14,964 bases of DNA, from assembly GCA_018303685.1 (NCBI GenBank), contig JAGVXS010000039.1:1-14964 (forward strand), read 5' to 3'. The translations under genes and the position numbers were made by a program. Below, one piece after another: positions 14,108 through 14,964 of the stretch. The notes below the pieces were generated by a model. The model was not told the DNA's origin. It saw only the letters and a list, made by a program, of their open reading frames with translations, and searched no databases. Origin of the DNA: Candidatus Woesearchaeota archaeon. GTDB lineage: Archaea > Nanobdellota > Nanobdellia > Woesearchaeales > GW2011-AR4. Every line of letters begins with the position of its first letter. Position 1 is the stretch's first letter.

Positions 14108-14567
14108 CATTGATGAAATCCCCCAATGTAAATCCATTAATTCTTCTGCCTTTGGATGTTTCATGACTTTCCTCATACTCCTCAACCAGCCTGACCCCAA
14201 GGAATCTTTCCAGTTTTTTTGCCAAGGATAATGGAGGGGCTAAAGCGCCTGTCTCAATCTTATGGACGGTTGCCTCCTTTTCACTGATTTTACGGGCAAA
14301 ATCTTTCTGCGTAAATCCCATTGACTCCCTCTTTTTCCTGATTACCTCGGCATAGTTTTCCACCAACAGCTCCATTTTCTCCTCTTTCTGCCGAGCTTGG
14401 CTCTTCATCCGCATTACTTGGGATTTTGCATCAAGCCTTTTCGGCTGCTGGACAACTTTGCCGAATCTTGCGCAGTCATTGCAGACGTCAAGCTGCACGC
14501 CCTCTATACCAACTTTTGCCAGACTTTCTGCCCTCTTGCCGCACAAGTCGCAATTGATTTTAATCAC
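14097..14567 (-). CDS. mbf1: Archaeal multiprotein-bridging factor 1 (zinc ribbon + Cro/C1 HTH)
   Basis: 156 aa. N-terminal CDLCGK...CNDCARFG ribbon. HTH GFTQKDFARKISEKEATVHKIETG. Conserved archaeal C-terminal TLGDFI. The start is GTG at 14567, the only start codon after the in-frame stop at 14577-14579. Confidence 0.9.
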   Translation of the reverse strand: MIKINCDLCGKRAESLAKVGIEGVQLDVCNDCARFGKVVQQPKRLDAKSQVMRMKSQARQKEEKMELLVENYAEVIRKKRESMGFTQKDFARKISEKEATVHKIETGALAPPLSLAKKLERFLGVRLVEEYEESHETSKGRRINGFTLGDFINVKK

Positions 14568-14964
14568 CCATGACTGTTACAATTATTTTTCTGCCATGCC
14601 TTGGCCCGTCAAGCTCTGCAAACATCGCGCTTTGCCACCTGCCCAAGTCCAGTTTGCCGTCTTTTATTGGTATTGTCTCTGACGGCCCTAAAATTGCGGA
14701 TTTTATATGGCTGTCGGCATTGCCGTCAATCCTGTCATGGCGCCAGACTCCTGATGGGACTAATTTGTCCAAAGCATCCAGCAAATCAAGGCAGATGTTC
14801 GGGTCATAGTTCTCGTTTATAATGATTGCGGCTGTCGCATGCGCTGCAAAAACATTGCATATGCCGTTTTCCACCTTTGATTTTTTTATTATTGTGTTTA
14901 TTCTTGGCGTTATGTCTATCAATTCCTGCTTTTTTGATGTGGATAAAATGATTTCATCCCGCAT
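14560..14964 (-). CDS. yjbQ: YjbQ/UPF0047 family protein (secondary thiamine-phosphate synthase-like)
   Basis: 134 aa. FAAHATAAIIINENYDP, GNADSHIKSAILGPS and LGRWQSAMFAELDGPR are colinear by eye with E. coli YjbQ. The ATG sits exactly at the window end (14964-14962), so a start further upstream cannot be excluded. Confidence 0.88.
   Translation of the reverse strand: MRDEIILSTSKKQELIDITPRINTIIKKSKVENGICNVFAAHATAAIIINENYDPNICLDLLDALDKLVPSGVWRHDRIDGNADSHIKSAILGPSETIPIKDGKLDLGRWQSAMFAELDGPRHGRKIIVTVMGD

Noticed and set aside
1-14964. Search for CRISPR arrays, tRNA/rRNA genes, IS elements, integrases, toxin-antitoxin or known defence modules
   Set aside because: No spaced direct repeats were seen. 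Every intergenic gap is 147 bp or shorter and A/T-rich, with no tRNA-like GC stems. No transposase, integrase or nuclease motifs appear in any supported ORF.

Overview
All calls below come from reading motifs by eye; no database or structure search was run. This is a gene-dense, low-GC segment with 16 CDS and only about 490 nt of intergenic sequence. It reads as archaeal: it carries a RadB recombinase paralog and a zinc-ribbon plus HTH archaeal MBF1. A/T-rich TATA-like boxes sit about 26-31 nt upstream of the ATG of most genes that lead a transcription unit. GGTG/GAGG Shine-Dalgarno motifs precede several genes internal to a unit.

The left 8.7 kb is a compact biotin / acyl-CoA locus. (i) A minus-strand operon encodes a FabZ-like hotdog dehydratase, an SCP-x/DUF35-associated thiolase, and a DUF35 zinc-ribbon/OB domain fused to DUF362. 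That last ORF runs off the left edge and is absent from the supplied ORF track. (ii) Divergent from it are accC (with an unexplained ~136-aa N-terminal extension and a ~63-aa tail) and a class-I birA with no HTH. (iii) A 76-aa 2-TM protein is tightly coupled to bioY. (iv) Convergent with bioY are an acyl-CoA carboxyltransferase and a BCCP.

The right 6.2 kb holds radB, a DUF4190-like membrane protein, two tandem processive GT2 synthases of different subtypes, a GT-C/PMT-like membrane glycosyltransferase, then mbf1 and yjbQ. I saw no rRNA, tRNA, CRISPR, transposase, integrase or recognisable defence genes.

The best candidate for something undescribed is a thiolase/DUF35 operon in which a FabZ-type dehydratase takes the place of HMG-CoA synthase and the DUF35 scaffold is fused to DUF362. 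It sits back-to-back with a complete acyl-CoA carboxylase, biotin ligase and biotin importer set. This could be an ACP-independent acyl-CoA elongation module in an archaeon.
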